Shown: in pieces, positions 46,525 through 56,348 of the stretch
Position numbering within the stretch: position 1 is the stretch's first letter
Layout: the number at the start of each line of letters is the position of its first letter
NCBI GenBank assembly: GCA_963718615.1
Contig: OY970368.1
Span: 1,376,001-1,440,000, forward strand
DNA from: an uncultured cyanobacterium
GTDB lineage: Bacteria; Cyanobacteriota; Cyanobacteriia; PCC-9006; JAAUQQ01
DNA: 64,000 bases
Reading direction: 5' to 3'
Program-made: the position numbers and the translations under genes
The notes under the pieces: generated by a model
Database searches by the model: none
Told to the model about the DNA's origin: nothing
Seen by the model: the letters and a program-made list of their open reading frames with translations, nothing else

Positions 46525-47937
46525 ATGAGTACATCAGTTATTGCACGCGACCCAGCGACCCCCGCCGTGGGTCAGGATTATAAGGTTGCCGATATTACCC
46601 TGGCGGATTGGGGCCGGAAGGAAATTGCGATCGCCGAAAGCGAAATGCCCGCGCTCATGGCGATTCGGGGCAAATATCGTGACAGCAAGCCCCTGGCTGG
46701 GGCCAAGATCATCGGCTGTATCCACATGACGATTCAGACCGCTGTGCTGATCGAAACCCTCCAGGAATTGGGGGCGGAGGTGCGTTGGTCTTCTTGTAAT
46801 ATTTTCTCGACCCAGGACCATGCGGCGGCGGCGATCGCAGCCTCCGGCACGCCGGTCTTTGCCTGGAAAGGCGAAACGGAAGAAGAGTACATCTGGTGTA
46901 TTGAGCAAACCTGCCGCGATGCCAACGGCGAACTTTGGGACGCCAACATGATTCTCGATGATGGTGGCGACCTCACCGGCCACATCCACGAGAAATATCC
47001 CCAGATGCTGGAGCTTATCCATGGGGTGACCGAAGAAACCACCACCGGGGTTCACCGTTTGTTGGAAATGCTCGAAAACGGGGAACTCAAGATTCCCGCC
47101 ATCAACGTTAACGACTCGGTCACCAAGTCCAAGAACGACAACAAATATGGTTGCCGTCACAGCCTCAACGATGCGATCAAGCGTGGCGTAGACCACCTGA
47201 TGGCGGGCAAAAAGGCCCTCGTCATTGGCTATGGCGATGTGGGCAAGGGCTCGGCAGCCTCGCTGCGCCAGGAAGGCATGATCGTCAAGATTGCTGAAGT
47301 GGATCCGATTTGCGCCATGCAGGCTTGTATGGATGGCTACGAAGTTGTTTCTCCCTACATCAACGGCGAGAACACCGGCACCCCCGATTCGATCAACACG
47401 GCTCTGTTGGCGAATACGGATCTGATTGTCACCACCACGGGCAACGTCAATGTTTGCGATAAAAACATGCTGGCTGCGCTGAAGAAAGGCGCGGTTGTTT
47501 GCAACATCGGCCACTTTGACAACGAAATTGACACCCAGTTCATGCGCGACAACTGGCGTTGGGAAGAGGTCAAGCCTCAGGTTCACCAGGTTTATCGCAG
47601 CAATGCAACGGATGACTATTTGCTGTTGCTTTCGGAAGGCCGTTTGGTCAACCTCGGCAACGCTACCGGTCACCCGTCTCGGATTATGGATGGCTCCTTT
47701 GCGAACCAAGTGTTGGCGCAAATCTTCCTCTATGAGCGCAAGTTTGCTGACCTGCCTGCGGATCAAAAGCAAGCGGCCCTCTCGGTACAGGTGTTGCCGA
47801 AGCATCTAGACGAAGAAGTCGCGACCTACATGGTTGCGGGCTTTGGTGGTGTGATCACGAAGCTGACGGAGAAGCAGGCGAAGTACATCAATGTGCCGCT
47901 GAATGGTCCGTTTAAGTCGAACGATTACAAGTACTAA
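46525..47937 (+). CDS. ahcY: Adenosylhomocysteinase
   Basis: [66 protein letters not shown]. Confidence 0.97.
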   Translation: MSTSVIARDPATPAVGQDYKVADITLADWGRKEIAIAESEMPALMAIRGKYRDSKPLAGAKIIGCIHMTIQTAVLIETLQELGAEVRWSSCNIFSTQDHAAAAIAASGTPVFAWKGETEEEYIWCIEQTCRDANGELWDANMILDDGGDLTGHIHEKYPQMLELIHGVTEETTTGVHRLLEMLENGELKIPAINVNDSVTKSKNDNKYGCRHSLNDAIKRGVDHLMAGKKALVIGYGDVGKGSAASLRQEGMIVKIAEVDPICAMQACMDGYEVVSPYINGENTGTPDSINTALLANTDLIVTTTGNVNVCDKNMLAALKKGAVVCNIGHFDNEIDTQFMRDNWRWEEVKPQVHQVYRSNATDDYLLLLSEGRLVNLGNATGHPSRIMDGSFANQVLAQIFLYERKFADLPADQKQAALSVQVLPKHLDEEVATYMVAGFGGVITKLTEKQAKYINVPLNGPFKSNDYKY

Positions 47938-48025
47938 GATTTAGGTAGGGTCTAAGGGGCGGGCGATTGCTGCGCAGACTGGTGTGGCGATCGCCCAGCT
48001 CAACGGACTTCAAAATCCTAATACC

Positions 48026-48062
48026 AAAATCCTCAGTAGCTCACAGCGCTGGGGATTTTTTG
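48026..48062 (+). terminator. Intrinsic terminator after ahcY
   Basis: aaaatcctcag...ctggggatttttt hairpin with T-tract. Confidence 0.7.
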
Positions 48063-48214
48063 ATGGCTCGCTACAATGGGACGAGCAACGTTTCTGGTGC
48101 CCGACGAGTGGGTGAGGGCGGCGGTGGGGGCGTTGAGCACTGACCTATAATCAGGATATCGTGAATTAAAATACCACTGAAGGCTGACGATTTTTATCCT
48201 CAAAACTGTTGATC

Positions 48215-48478
48215 ATGCAATCTCCCTTTCCTGGCATGAATCCGTATCTGGAGCAACCGGCATTTTGGTCGTCGTTTCATAGCCGTTTGATGGTGGCGAT
48301 CGCGCCTCTCCAAGCGGTGTTTGATCAGGTGTTTCGGGAGGGGCGGTATGGGGCGAGGATTGATTATCAACTGCGGATGCCGCCGCCGAGTTTGTCAGAG
48401 GAGGCTCTGGTGTGGGTTGAGAAATTGTTGAGGGGGGAGCAGGCGGTGGCTAAGGTTCAGGATGAACGTTTGAAATAG
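48215..48478 (+). pseudogene. DUF4058 family gene with large in-frame internal deletion
   Basis: Only the family N-terminus (SPFPGMNPYLE..FW..FH.RL..AIA) and C-terminus (LQ.VFD.V....Y...IDY....PPP.LS.....W...LL) remain; they join at HIP1 48296-48303. Confidence 0.75.
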
Positions 48479-48491
48479 GGGAGGGCTGAGG

Positions 48492-50876
48492 ATGGAGCGG
48501 GAGAAGTTGTTGGCGGTGATTGAGGAGGCGAGGCAGAGTGGGGAGACACATCTGAATTTGAACTGGAGAAGGATTGAAGAATTGCCACCAGAAATTGGAC
48601 AATTAATCACTCTCACCTCCCTGTACCTCAGCGGCAATTCACTGACAAGCCTGCCTAAGGAAATTGGGCAATTAACAAATCTCACTTCTCTTCGTCTCTG
48701 GAATAATCAACTGATGACCTTGCCAGAGACGATCGGGCAATTAACAAATCTAACTTCCCTTGATCTCTGGAATAATCAACTGACGAGCTTACCCGAAGAA
48801 GTTGGACGTCTAAGCCAGCTAAAGCACTTAGACTTAACTGAAAATCCATTGAGTAAGCTTCCTCCAGAAATCAGAGGAAAATCTGGACTTGAAATTCGTG
48901 ATTACTATCGGCAACGCTTAGAAGAAAAAACTGATTACATCTATGAAGCTAAACTCTTAGTCATCGGTAAAGGCGGAGCTGGAAAAACCAGTCTTGCTAA
49001 CAAACTGATTGATTCAGGTTACACGCTCAAACTTGAGGGAGGCGAAAATCCCGAAAAATCCACAGAAGGGATTGACGTTCTCCGCCTCGACTTCGAGCAT
49101 CCCAGCAACAACCCCTTTCGCATCAACATCTGGGACTTCGGCGGCCAAGAAATCTACCACGCCACCCACCAATTCTTCCTCACCAAACGCTCCCTCTACC
49201 TCCTCGTCGCCGATACCCGCCAAGAAAACACCGACTTCAACTACTGGCTCGAAATCGTCGAACTCCTCAGCGACGCCAGCCCCACCCTGATCATTAAAAA
49301 CGAAAAACAAGACCGCCCCTGCCAAGTCAACGAAAACCAACTGCGCGGACGCTTCCCCAATCTCGAAAAAATCCTCCCCACCAACCTCCTCACCAATCGC
49401 GGCCTCCCCGAGATCCTCGCCGCCGTCCAACACCACATCAGCCAACTCCCCCACATCGGCCAAGCCCTCCCAAAAACCTGGGTCAACGTCCGCAAAGCCC
49501 TCGAAGAAGACAATCGCAACTACATCCCCCAAACCGAATATCTCAGCCTCTGCGACACCCACGGCTTCAAACGCCACAAAGACAAACTTCAACTCAGCGA
49601 ATACCTCCACGACCTCGGCGTCTGCCTCCACTTCCAAGACGACGACCTCCTCCAACGCTACATCATCCTCAAACCCGAATGGGGCACCACCGCCGTTTAC
49701 AAAGTCCTCGACACCCCCAAAGTTCGCCAAAACCTCGGCTGCTTCACCAGCGAAGATCTCAAACTCATTTGGGCCGATGAACAGTATGCAGACATGCGCC
49801 CAGAGCTGCTGCAACTGATGAAAAACTTCAAACTCTGCTACGAGATCCCCCACCGCCCCAAAACCTACATCGCCCCCCAACTCCTCTCCCGCAACCAACC
49901 CGAATACGCATGGAACGACAGCAATAACCTGATTCTGCGCTACCACTACGAATTCATGCCCAAAGGAATGCTCACCCGCTTCATCGTCGAAATGCATCGA
50001 TTAATTGACCGCGAACTCGTTTGGAAAGATGGCGTAATTCTTGCCGACAACAACGCCCGAGCTGAAGTCATCGAAGCCCGCTACCGCAATGAAATTCGCA
50101 TTCGTATCTCCGGCTTCATAAAGAAACCCTTGCTCGAAGGCATCCGCCACGAATTCAAAAAAATCCACGACTCCTACGGAGAACGATTGCGTTTTCAAGA
50201 GCTTATCCCCTGCAACTGCCCAACCTGCAAAGGTTCTCAAAATCCCCACGCCTACCCATTACAAAAACTCCAAGAACGTCTCCAAAATCAAAACTACGAA
50301 ATTGAATGCGACAAGCCCTCCTACCACAAAGTCAGTGTTCGCAACTTAATCGATGACGCCATTAACCCTAAGCCCAACCGCCCAAATGTTGAACTCCTCA
50401 AAGAAGTCCCACACCCCCAACCTTCGTCGTCTCCCATTATCATCAATAATTACCAAACCCAGGATCAACGTAATACCATGACCGAACAGCCACAAACCAC
50501 CAATACCTTCAACGGCCCCACCTCCGGCATCATCGGCAGCACCTTCAACGACAACGCCCAAGCCAGCCGCAACACCTTCACCCAAACCAATCACCCCACC
50601 CCCGCCGAACTCCTCCAACTCATCGCCAGCCTGCGCCAAACCGCCGCCCAACTCCCCCCAGACATCCAAGAAGAACTGATCATCGACCTCGACGACGTCG
50701 AAGCCGAAATTCAAAAGCCTGAGGGCGATCGCAACCCCACCAAACTCAAAAAACGCCTCCTCGCCCTCGCCACCGCCGCCACCCTCACCGCCACCCCGAT
50801 CGCCGCCATCACCGACTTCGCCAACACCGCCCTCGACCTCGCCAACAAACTCGGCATCGAATTGCCTCTACCCTAA
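48492..50876 (+). CDS. Roco protein: LRR-Roc GTPase-COR plus C-terminal low-complexity/helical module
   Basis: LPxEIGQLTNLTSLxLxxNxL repeats; EAKLLVIGKGGAGKTSL, STEGID, IWDFGGQEIYHATHQFFLT (Roc); YLHDLGVCLHF, IL.PEW.T.AVY (COR); IPCNC..C. Confidence 0.95.
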   Translation: MEREKLLAVIEEARQSGETHLNLNWRRIEELPPEIGQLITLTSLYLSGNSLTSLPKEIGQLTNLTSLRLWNNQLMTLPETIGQLTNLTSLDLWNNQLTSLPEEVGRLSQLKHLDLTENPLSKLPPEIRGKSGLEIRDYYRQRLEEKTDYIYEAKLLVIGKGGAGKTSLANKLIDSGYTLKLEGGENPEKSTEGIDVLRLDFEHPSNNPFRINIWDFGGQEIYHATHQFFLTKRSLYLLVADTRQENTDFNYWLEIVELLSDASPTLIIKNEKQDRPCQVNENQLRGRFPNLEKILPTNLLTNRGLPEILAAVQHHISQLPHIGQALPKTWVNVRKALEEDNRNYIPQTEYLSLCDTHGFKRHKDKLQLSEYLHDLGVCLHFQDDDLLQRYIILKPEWGTTAVYKVLDTPKVRQNLGCFTSEDLKLIWADEQYADMRPELLQLMKNFKLCYEIPHRPKTYIAPQLLSRNQPEYAWNDSNNLILRYHYEFMPKGMLTRFIVEMHRLIDRELVWKDGVILADNNARAEVIEARYRNEIRIRISGFIKKPLLEGIRHEFKKIHDSYGERLRFQELIPCNCPTCKGSQNPHAYPLQKLQERLQNQNYEIECDKPSYHKVSVRNLIDDAINPKPNRPNVELLKEVPHPQPSSSPIIINNYQTQDQRNTMTEQPQTTNTFNGPTSGIIGSTFNDNAQASRNTFTQTNHPTPAELLQLIASLRQTAAQLPPDIQEELIIDLDDVEAEIQKPEGDRNPTKLKKRLLALATAATLTATPIAAITDFANTALDLANKLGIELPLP

Positions 50877-50906
50877 TTTCCCCAACCCTAATTCCCCCGA
50901 CCCTAG

Positions 50907-51206
50907 ATGTATATTGAATGGTTAAAATTTCACGTTCAGCCGGAGTTGCGATCGCAATTCATCCAAAAAGACGCCGAACTCTGGACCCCCTACCTTGCCC
51001 AAAATTCCGCCTTTGTCCGCAAGGAAATTTGGCTAGACCCTAACCATCCCGATGAAGTTGCAACTATCGTTTGGTGGTCCAATCGTGAACAATGGAAAGC
51101 CATCCCCGCAGAAGAGATGGAGGCGATCGCCCAGCAGTTTGAAACGGCCCTGGGCAAAGGAACCTACGAACTCATCGAAGAACGGGAATGGCTTCAGGAA
51201 AGTTGA
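50907..51206 (+). CDS. Cyanobacterial ABM-like protein (TIGR03792-like)
   Basis: IEWLKF.V.PE.R..FIQKD.E.WT..L, KE.W.DP, W..REQWKAIP. Confidence 0.8.
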   Translation: MYIEWLKFHVQPELRSQFIQKDAELWTPYLAQNSAFVRKEIWLDPNHPDEVATIVWWSNREQWKAIPAEEMEAIAQQFETALGKGTYELIEEREWLQES

Positions 51207-51214
51207 TGTGCAGC

Positions 51215-51574
51215 CTAGAGCGGTAACCGGAAAATAAACGGATAGCGATGGGCAACCTCTGGGTTCGTCAAACACTTAAACACCGCCCAGCCCGGAAAAA
51301 TTAGGTTGTATAACAAACCAATCGGAATCAAAATTGGCGACAGCAACCAGCCAATCAAGATGAAATATAAAAAGGCAATAACACCGCCCACAACCCAAAG
51401 GTTGAGGTGAAAATTAATCGACTCCTTGGCGTTTTCCTTCACGACCGGATCATCAGAAACTAACAAAACGGCGATCGGCACCCCAATCGTCACCATCGAG
51501 AGACCCAAGAAATTGAGGCCATGGCAAAGGGCAGACAGGAGCTTACGCTTATCGGGGTCATAGGTGGCTTGCAT
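51215..51574 (-). CDS. DUF4870 membrane protein
   Basis: YDPDKRKLLSALCHG, DDPVVKENAKESINFH.N, RYPFIFR. Confidence 0.85.
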   Translation of the reverse strand: MQATYDPDKRKLLSALCHGLNFLGLSMVTIGVPIAVLLVSDDPVVKENAKESINFHLNLWVVGGVIAFLYFILIGWLLSPILIPIGLLYNLIFPGWAVFKCLTNPEVAHRYPFIFRLPL

Positions 51575-51695
51575 TCCCAAGTCTCCTTACTGGGCTGAAC
51601 CCCTTTATTATGTCGGCCCCGCTCAGATTTGAATAGGGACGGAAAGCCAGATCGATCGATCGGTCTTGCCCACCCCGTCCCGTCAAAGCTATCGA

Positions 51696-53201
51696 CTAAG
51701 CCAAGGCCGCTTCCTTTTCGAGCATTAGCTTCGATCGCTTGATCACATCCGGTACTTCCACCGGATAATTTCCAGTAAAACAAGCCGTGCAGAAATGTCC
51801 CACCGCTTCATGGGTCGCTTCGAGCATCCCATCCAAGCTGAGATAGGCCAAAGAATCCACACCAATTTGCTCACCGATTTCTTCCACGGATTTGGTTGCA
51901 CCAATTAGCTGGTCTTGGCTATCCGTGTCGATGCCGTAGAAGCAAGGATGGGTGACCGGCGGCGAGGAAATGCGCATGTGGACTTCCTTGGCCCCCGCAT
52001 CCCGTAGGGCCTTGACCAGTTTGCGGCTCGTGGTGCCGCGCACGATCGAGTCATCGACGATGATGATCCGCTTGCCGTTGAGCACATCCTTGAGCGGATT
52101 GAGCTTCATCTTGATTCCGGACTCGCGCATAATCTGCGTGGGCTGGATAAACGTCCGGCCCACATAGCGGTTTTTGATCAACCCTTCCGCGTAGGGAATC
52201 CCTGACGCTTCCGAGAAACCAATGGCTGCAGGAATGCCCGAATCAGGTACCCCAATTACCATATCTGCTTCAACGGTGGATTCAGCCGCTAACTGCCGTC
52301 CAATGCGCTGGCGGTAGCTATAGAGCGTTTCGCCATGAAACAAGCTATCGGGCCGCGCAAAATAAATCATCTCGAAGACGCAGAGCTTCGGGCTGGGCTG
52401 GTTGACCCAATGGAACGAAGCCAAGCCTTCTTCATTCACCCAAACCACTTCGCCCGGTTCCACATCTCGCAGATATTCCGCACCAATAATATCCAGGGCA
52501 CAGGTCTCTGAAGCCAGGACGTAGTAGGGTTTATGGGCTGGGCCTTGGGGACTTTCCAATGTGCCAATCACCAGGGGGCGAATCCCGTTGGGGTCGCGAA
52601 CGCCCATCATGCCTTGGGGAGTGCCGATCACGAGGCTAAATGCGCCCTGGCAGCGACGGAAGGCGGTGATGCCCGCTTCGAGCCAGTCCTTGCCTTGATC
52701 AACCGCTTCGGCGATCGCCAAGGCAATCATCTCCGAGTCCGTCGTCGTCGCCAACACCTGATCCTTCGCTTCAAAGGCCGCCCGCAGCTCGGCAGTATTC
52801 ACCAAGTTGCCATTGTGCGCCAAAGCCAGAGACCCTCGATGGGTCTGCACGACCGCAGGCTGAGCATTCCCCACATGGCTAGAGCCGGTAGTGGAGTAGC
52901 GGGTATGGCCCACAGCCATGTATCCCTGCATGCCGTTGAGGATGTCTTCATTAAACACCTGGGAAACCAACCCCATGTGTTTATGGGTAATTACCTGGTC
53001 GCCGTTAAATACAGAAATCCCAGCGGATTCTTGCCCTCGGTGTTGGAGCGCGTAAAGGCCAAAGTAGGTTAGCTTGGCCACATCCTGGTCCGGTGCATAG
53101 ATGCCAAAGACGCCACAGGCTTCTTCAGGTTTGTCGGGACGGTCAGCTTGCGGTGTGGCAGCAGCGAGATGCAATTCCTGAGCAGAATGGTGGGACATCA
53201 T
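51696..53201 (-). CDS. purF: Amidophosphoribosyltransferase
   Basis: EACGVFG, LQHRGQE, GHTRYST, AHNGNL, VDDSIVRGTT, PCFYGID. Confidence 0.98.
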   Translation of the reverse strand: MMSHHSAQELHLAAATPQADRPDKPEEACGVFGIYAPDQDVAKLTYFGLYALQHRGQESAGISVFNGDQVITHKHMGLVSQVFNEDILNGMQGYMAVGHTRYSTTGSSHVGNAQPAVVQTHRGSLALAHNGNLVNTAELRAAFEAKDQVLATTTDSEMIALAIAEAVDQGKDWLEAGITAFRRCQGAFSLVIGTPQGMMGVRDPNGIRPLVIGTLESPQGPAHKPYYVLASETCALDIIGAEYLRDVEPGEVVWVNEEGLASFHWVNQPSPKLCVFEMIYFARPDSLFHGETLYSYRQRIGRQLAAESTVEADMVIGVPDSGIPAAIGFSEASGIPYAEGLIKNRYVGRTFIQPTQIMRESGIKMKLNPLKDVLNGKRIIIVDDSIVRGTTSRKLVKALRDAGAKEVHMRISSPPVTHPCFYGIDTDSQDQLIGATKSVEEIGEQIGVDSLAYLSLDGMLEATHEAVGHFCTACFTGNYPVEVPDVIKRSKLMLEKEAALA

Positions 53202-53534
53202 GCGTGCGATCGGCTCCTTCAGTTAGGACAGTGTCAGGACAGAAATTCCCAAGGGAGTGAGTCGAAGTTAAAAATCCGTTTTTAAGGGGCGAAACGGGGA
53301 AAATTACAGGATAGATATACAGGATAGATATACAGGGGTCGAGGCTCACGCCCTCAATCAAGGTAACGCTGAATTGTGGGAATTGGGTTCCCCTCTCAAT
53401 GAGAGCGCTCTACGCCCCAAAATGGGGATGGGTTAAGTAAAACTTAAGAAACATTTAAGCACCTTGCGGGCATTCGCTCACGACTTTTTAAGTTGAGGGC
53501 TTAGCGCGCTTGAGGATTATTGGGGCTGAGCTAT

Positions 53535-55868
53535 TTAGGGCGAGAGTCGTTTTTCGATTGCCTCACTCCAAGTCCGAGCCAAGGTCGCGATATCCGCTGC
53601 GATCAGGGATTGTCCCGCTGCATCGACAATTTTGAGTCCGGCGTCGGCTCCAGCGACCTCTCCCAGGGCTTGCCAGTTGCCTGCAAGCTGAGTGTGTAGA
53701 TAGGTTTCCCAGGGGGCCTGGTGGGCTGGATTAACAGAAACAACGATGCGGGCTCCCCCTTCGCCAAACAGGAGGCGATCGCCCCTCACCCCATCCGCTG
53801 CAAGCGTCACGGTAGCCCCGAGCTGACCGCTAATACAGCTTTCTGCCAGAGCCACTGCTAAGCCTCCTTCGGCGCAGTCGTGGGCGGAGCGAACCCAGCC
53901 CTGGCGAATGCCGTGACGGCAAACGGTTTGCACTTGGCGTTCTAGCTCAAAATCGACGATGGGAGGCATACCCGCCACGGTTTGATGGAGGACAGCGAGG
54001 TATTCGGATCCCCCAAGACTGACGCGATCGCCCGCTTCCGTGGGGCTACAGCCCAGGAGATAGATGCGATCGCCAGCCGCCAGCCACCCCTGACCACAGA
54101 TATAATCCAAATCTTCGACTAAACCGACCATACCCACGACCGGCGTCGGATAAATCGGCTGGGGCTTGCCTTCGCTGTCGAGGGTTTCGTTATAGAGCGA
54201 GACATTGCCCCCCGTGACCGGCGTTTGAAATTCCCGGCAGGCTTCCGCCAGACCCCGACAGGCTTCTGCCAGCTGCCAGTAGCCCACAGGCTTTTCGGGG
54301 CTACCAAAGTTGAGGTTATCGGTGACGGCGATCGGTTCAGCGCCAACGCAGCTCAGGTTCCGGGCGGCTTCCGCTACAGCGGCTTTGGCTCCTTCGTAGG
54401 GGTGGAGATAGACATAGCGGGCGTTGCAGTCTACCGTGGCGGCGCAGCCTCGGTTGTGGTTGGGGGCAGTGCCGTCCAGCACGGGGCGTAGGCGCAAAAT
54501 CGCGGCATCGGCTCCGCCGGGGAGCAGGACGGTGTTGTTTTGGACCTGGTGGTCATATTGGCGATAGACCCAGCGCTTCGAGGCAATGATCGGGCTGTCG
54601 AGCAGGGCGAGCAAAACCTCCGTCCAGGATTTGCCGTTGATGCCATTGGAATGACAGGCAGGCAGTTGGCTCTCGTCCCAAGCCCAGGCGATTTGGGCAT
54701 AGGCGGGCGGTTCAGCCGGTAGCTCCCGTTTGTAGATGGGGGTATTGTCCGCTAGGGCCGTGGCCGGAATTTCCGCAGCAATTTCACCCTGAAACCGAAT
54801 CCGCACAATCGGCTCAGCAATAATTTCTCCCGCGACGACGGCTTGCAGTTCCCATTTGTGGAAAATATCGATGAGCTCCTGCTCTCGCCCCTTCTCCGCC
54901 ACAAACAACATGCGCTCCTGGGACTCTGAGAGCAAATATTCATAGGGCACCATGCCGGTTTCACGCACGGGAATCAGGTCGAGGTCTAAATCAACACCGA
55001 CGCCGCCCTTCGCGGCCATTTCCGCTGTAGAACAGGTAATTCCAGCGGCCCCCATGTCCTGAGCCGCAACCACTGCTCCGGTTTTGAAGGCTTCCAGACA
55101 GGCTTCCACCAGGGATTTTTCTAGGAACGGGTCTCCCACTTGGACAGCGGGGCGATCGTCCATGGACTCGTCACTCAGCTCCGCACTGGCAAAGCTCGCT
55201 CCCCCCATCCCATCTCGCCCCGTCGTTGATCCCACATAAAGCACCGGATTGCCGATCCCCGAGGCCCCGGCTTTGACAATGTCTTCGGTTTCCATCAGAC
55301 CGATGGCCATGGCATTCACCAGGGGATTGCCGCTATAGGCCGGATCAAAGTAAACCTCACCCGCCACCGTTGGTACCCCAATGCAGTTCCCATAGTGAGA
55401 AATGCCGGCGACAACACCCTCAAAAATTCGGCGGGTGCGCGGATTGTCCAGCGTTCCAAATCGTAGGGAATTCAAAATCGCCAAGGGACGGGCTCCCATC
55501 GTAAAGATATCCCGCAAAATTCCCCCTACCCCCGTGGCTGCTCCCTGGAACGGCTCCACTGCTGAAGGATGGTTATGGGACTCAATCTTGAACGCCAGCC
55601 GCAATCCTTCCCCAAAGTCCACGACACCGGCATTCTCTCCCGGCCCCACCAAAATGCGTGGACCTTCCGTAGGGAACTGACTCAGCAGCGATCGGGAGTT
55701 TTTATAGCAACAGTGCTCCGACCACATCACCCCAAACATTCCCAGTTCCGCTTTATTGGGATGGCGACCGAGCCGCTCCACGATGGCTGCGTATTCCTCC
55801 GGTTTAATGCCTTCAGCCGCAATTTCTTCAGGGGAAAACGGAGCAGATGCTAGAACAGACGCAGACAT
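53535..55868 (-). CDS. purL: Phosphoribosylformylglycinamidine synthase subunit PurL
   Basis: [54 protein letters not shown]. Confidence 0.98.
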   Translation of the reverse strand: MSASVLASAPFSPEEIAAEGIKPEEYAAIVERLGRHPNKAELGMFGVMWSEHCCYKNSRSLLSQFPTEGPRILVGPGENAGVVDFGEGLRLAFKIESHNHPSAVEPFQGAATGVGGILRDIFTMGARPLAILNSLRFGTLDNPRTRRIFEGVVAGISHYGNCIGVPTVAGEVYFDPAYSGNPLVNAMAIGLMETEDIVKAGASGIGNPVLYVGSTTGRDGMGGASFASAELSDESMDDRPAVQVGDPFLEKSLVEACLEAFKTGAVVAAQDMGAAGITCSTAEMAAKGGVGVDLDLDLIPVRETGMVPYEYLLSESQERMLFVAEKGREQELIDIFHKWELQAVVAGEIIAEPIVRIRFQGEIAAEIPATALADNTPIYKRELPAEPPAYAQIAWAWDESQLPACHSNGINGKSWTEVLLALLDSPIIASKRWVYRQYDHQVQNNTVLLPGGADAAILRLRPVLDGTAPNHNRGCAATVDCNARYVYLHPYEGAKAAVAEAARNLSCVGAEPIAVTDNLNFGSPEKPVGYWQLAEACRGLAEACREFQTPVTGGNVSLYNETLDSEGKPQPIYPTPVVGMVGLVEDLDYICGQGWLAAGDRIYLLGCSPTEAGDRVSLGGSEYLAVLHQTVAGMPPIVDFELERQVQTVCRHGIRQGWVRSAHDCAEGGLAVALAESCISGQLGATVTLAADGVRGDRLLFGEGGARIVVSVNPAHQAPWETYLHTQLAGNWQALGEVAGADAGLKIVDAAGQSLIAADIATLARTWSEAIEKRLSP

Positions 55869-55987
55869 AGGGGCCTCGATCGCGATCGGTCGTAGGGGAC
55901 AGAGCCAATTGTATCGGGCTAGCCCCTGCTTCGGACCCTCGAGTTCATAGTTGCGCAGAAGATTGCCGAGAATATCACTAGGAGCCC

Positions 55988-56338
55988 CTAGCCTTCGCTG
56001 GACTGTTCAAAAGTATCAAAGGCGTCAAAGGCCTTGGTATCGAGCTCAGATTCCCGCTGGTGTAGGGTCGGAATCGGTGGGGCGGGGGAACGACGGCTGC
56101 GGGCTCGCCAGCGGGGCAGCAGTTCGGTTTTGAGCGAGATTGGTAGGACGATGGGCCACAGCAGCGTGGCGGCGATCAGCACCAGCCAGGAGGTTTTGTC
56201 CGTGAGAGTGGTGGTGCGATCGCGCAAAAACAAATACAGATAAAGGCAGCAGGCGATCGCCCCAACCCCAACATAGATTTGGAAGAAAAAAACGGAATTG
56301 AGTCCACCCGTCTGGGCCAAAATGGGCTGCGCCATCAT
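55988..56338 (-). CDS. Small two-TM hypothetical protein
   Basis: FLRDRTT...[16 protein letters not shown] motif; co-oriented between the channel gene and purL. Confidence 0.7.
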   Translation of the reverse strand: MMAQPILAQTGGLNSVFFFQIYVGVGAIACCLYLYLFLRDRTTTLTDKTSWLVLIAATLLWPIVLPISLKTELLPRWRARSRRSPAPPIPTLHQRESELDTKAFDAFDTFEQSSEG

Positions 56339-56348
56339 GCGGTCCTGC

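Noticed and set aside
46534-47805. 423-aa antisense ORF inside ahcY
   Set aside because: Shadow frame of a conserved, codon-biased gene; no recognisable motifs.
49014-49997. 327-aa antisense ORF inside the Roco gene (V/E/G/D-rich)
   Set aside because: Explained by C/A-ending codons on the sense strand removing antisense stops; treated as a compositional artefact.
48492-50876. Diversity-generating retroelement acting on the Roco gene
   Set aside because: No reverse transcriptase and no TR/VR pair differing at adenines in the window.
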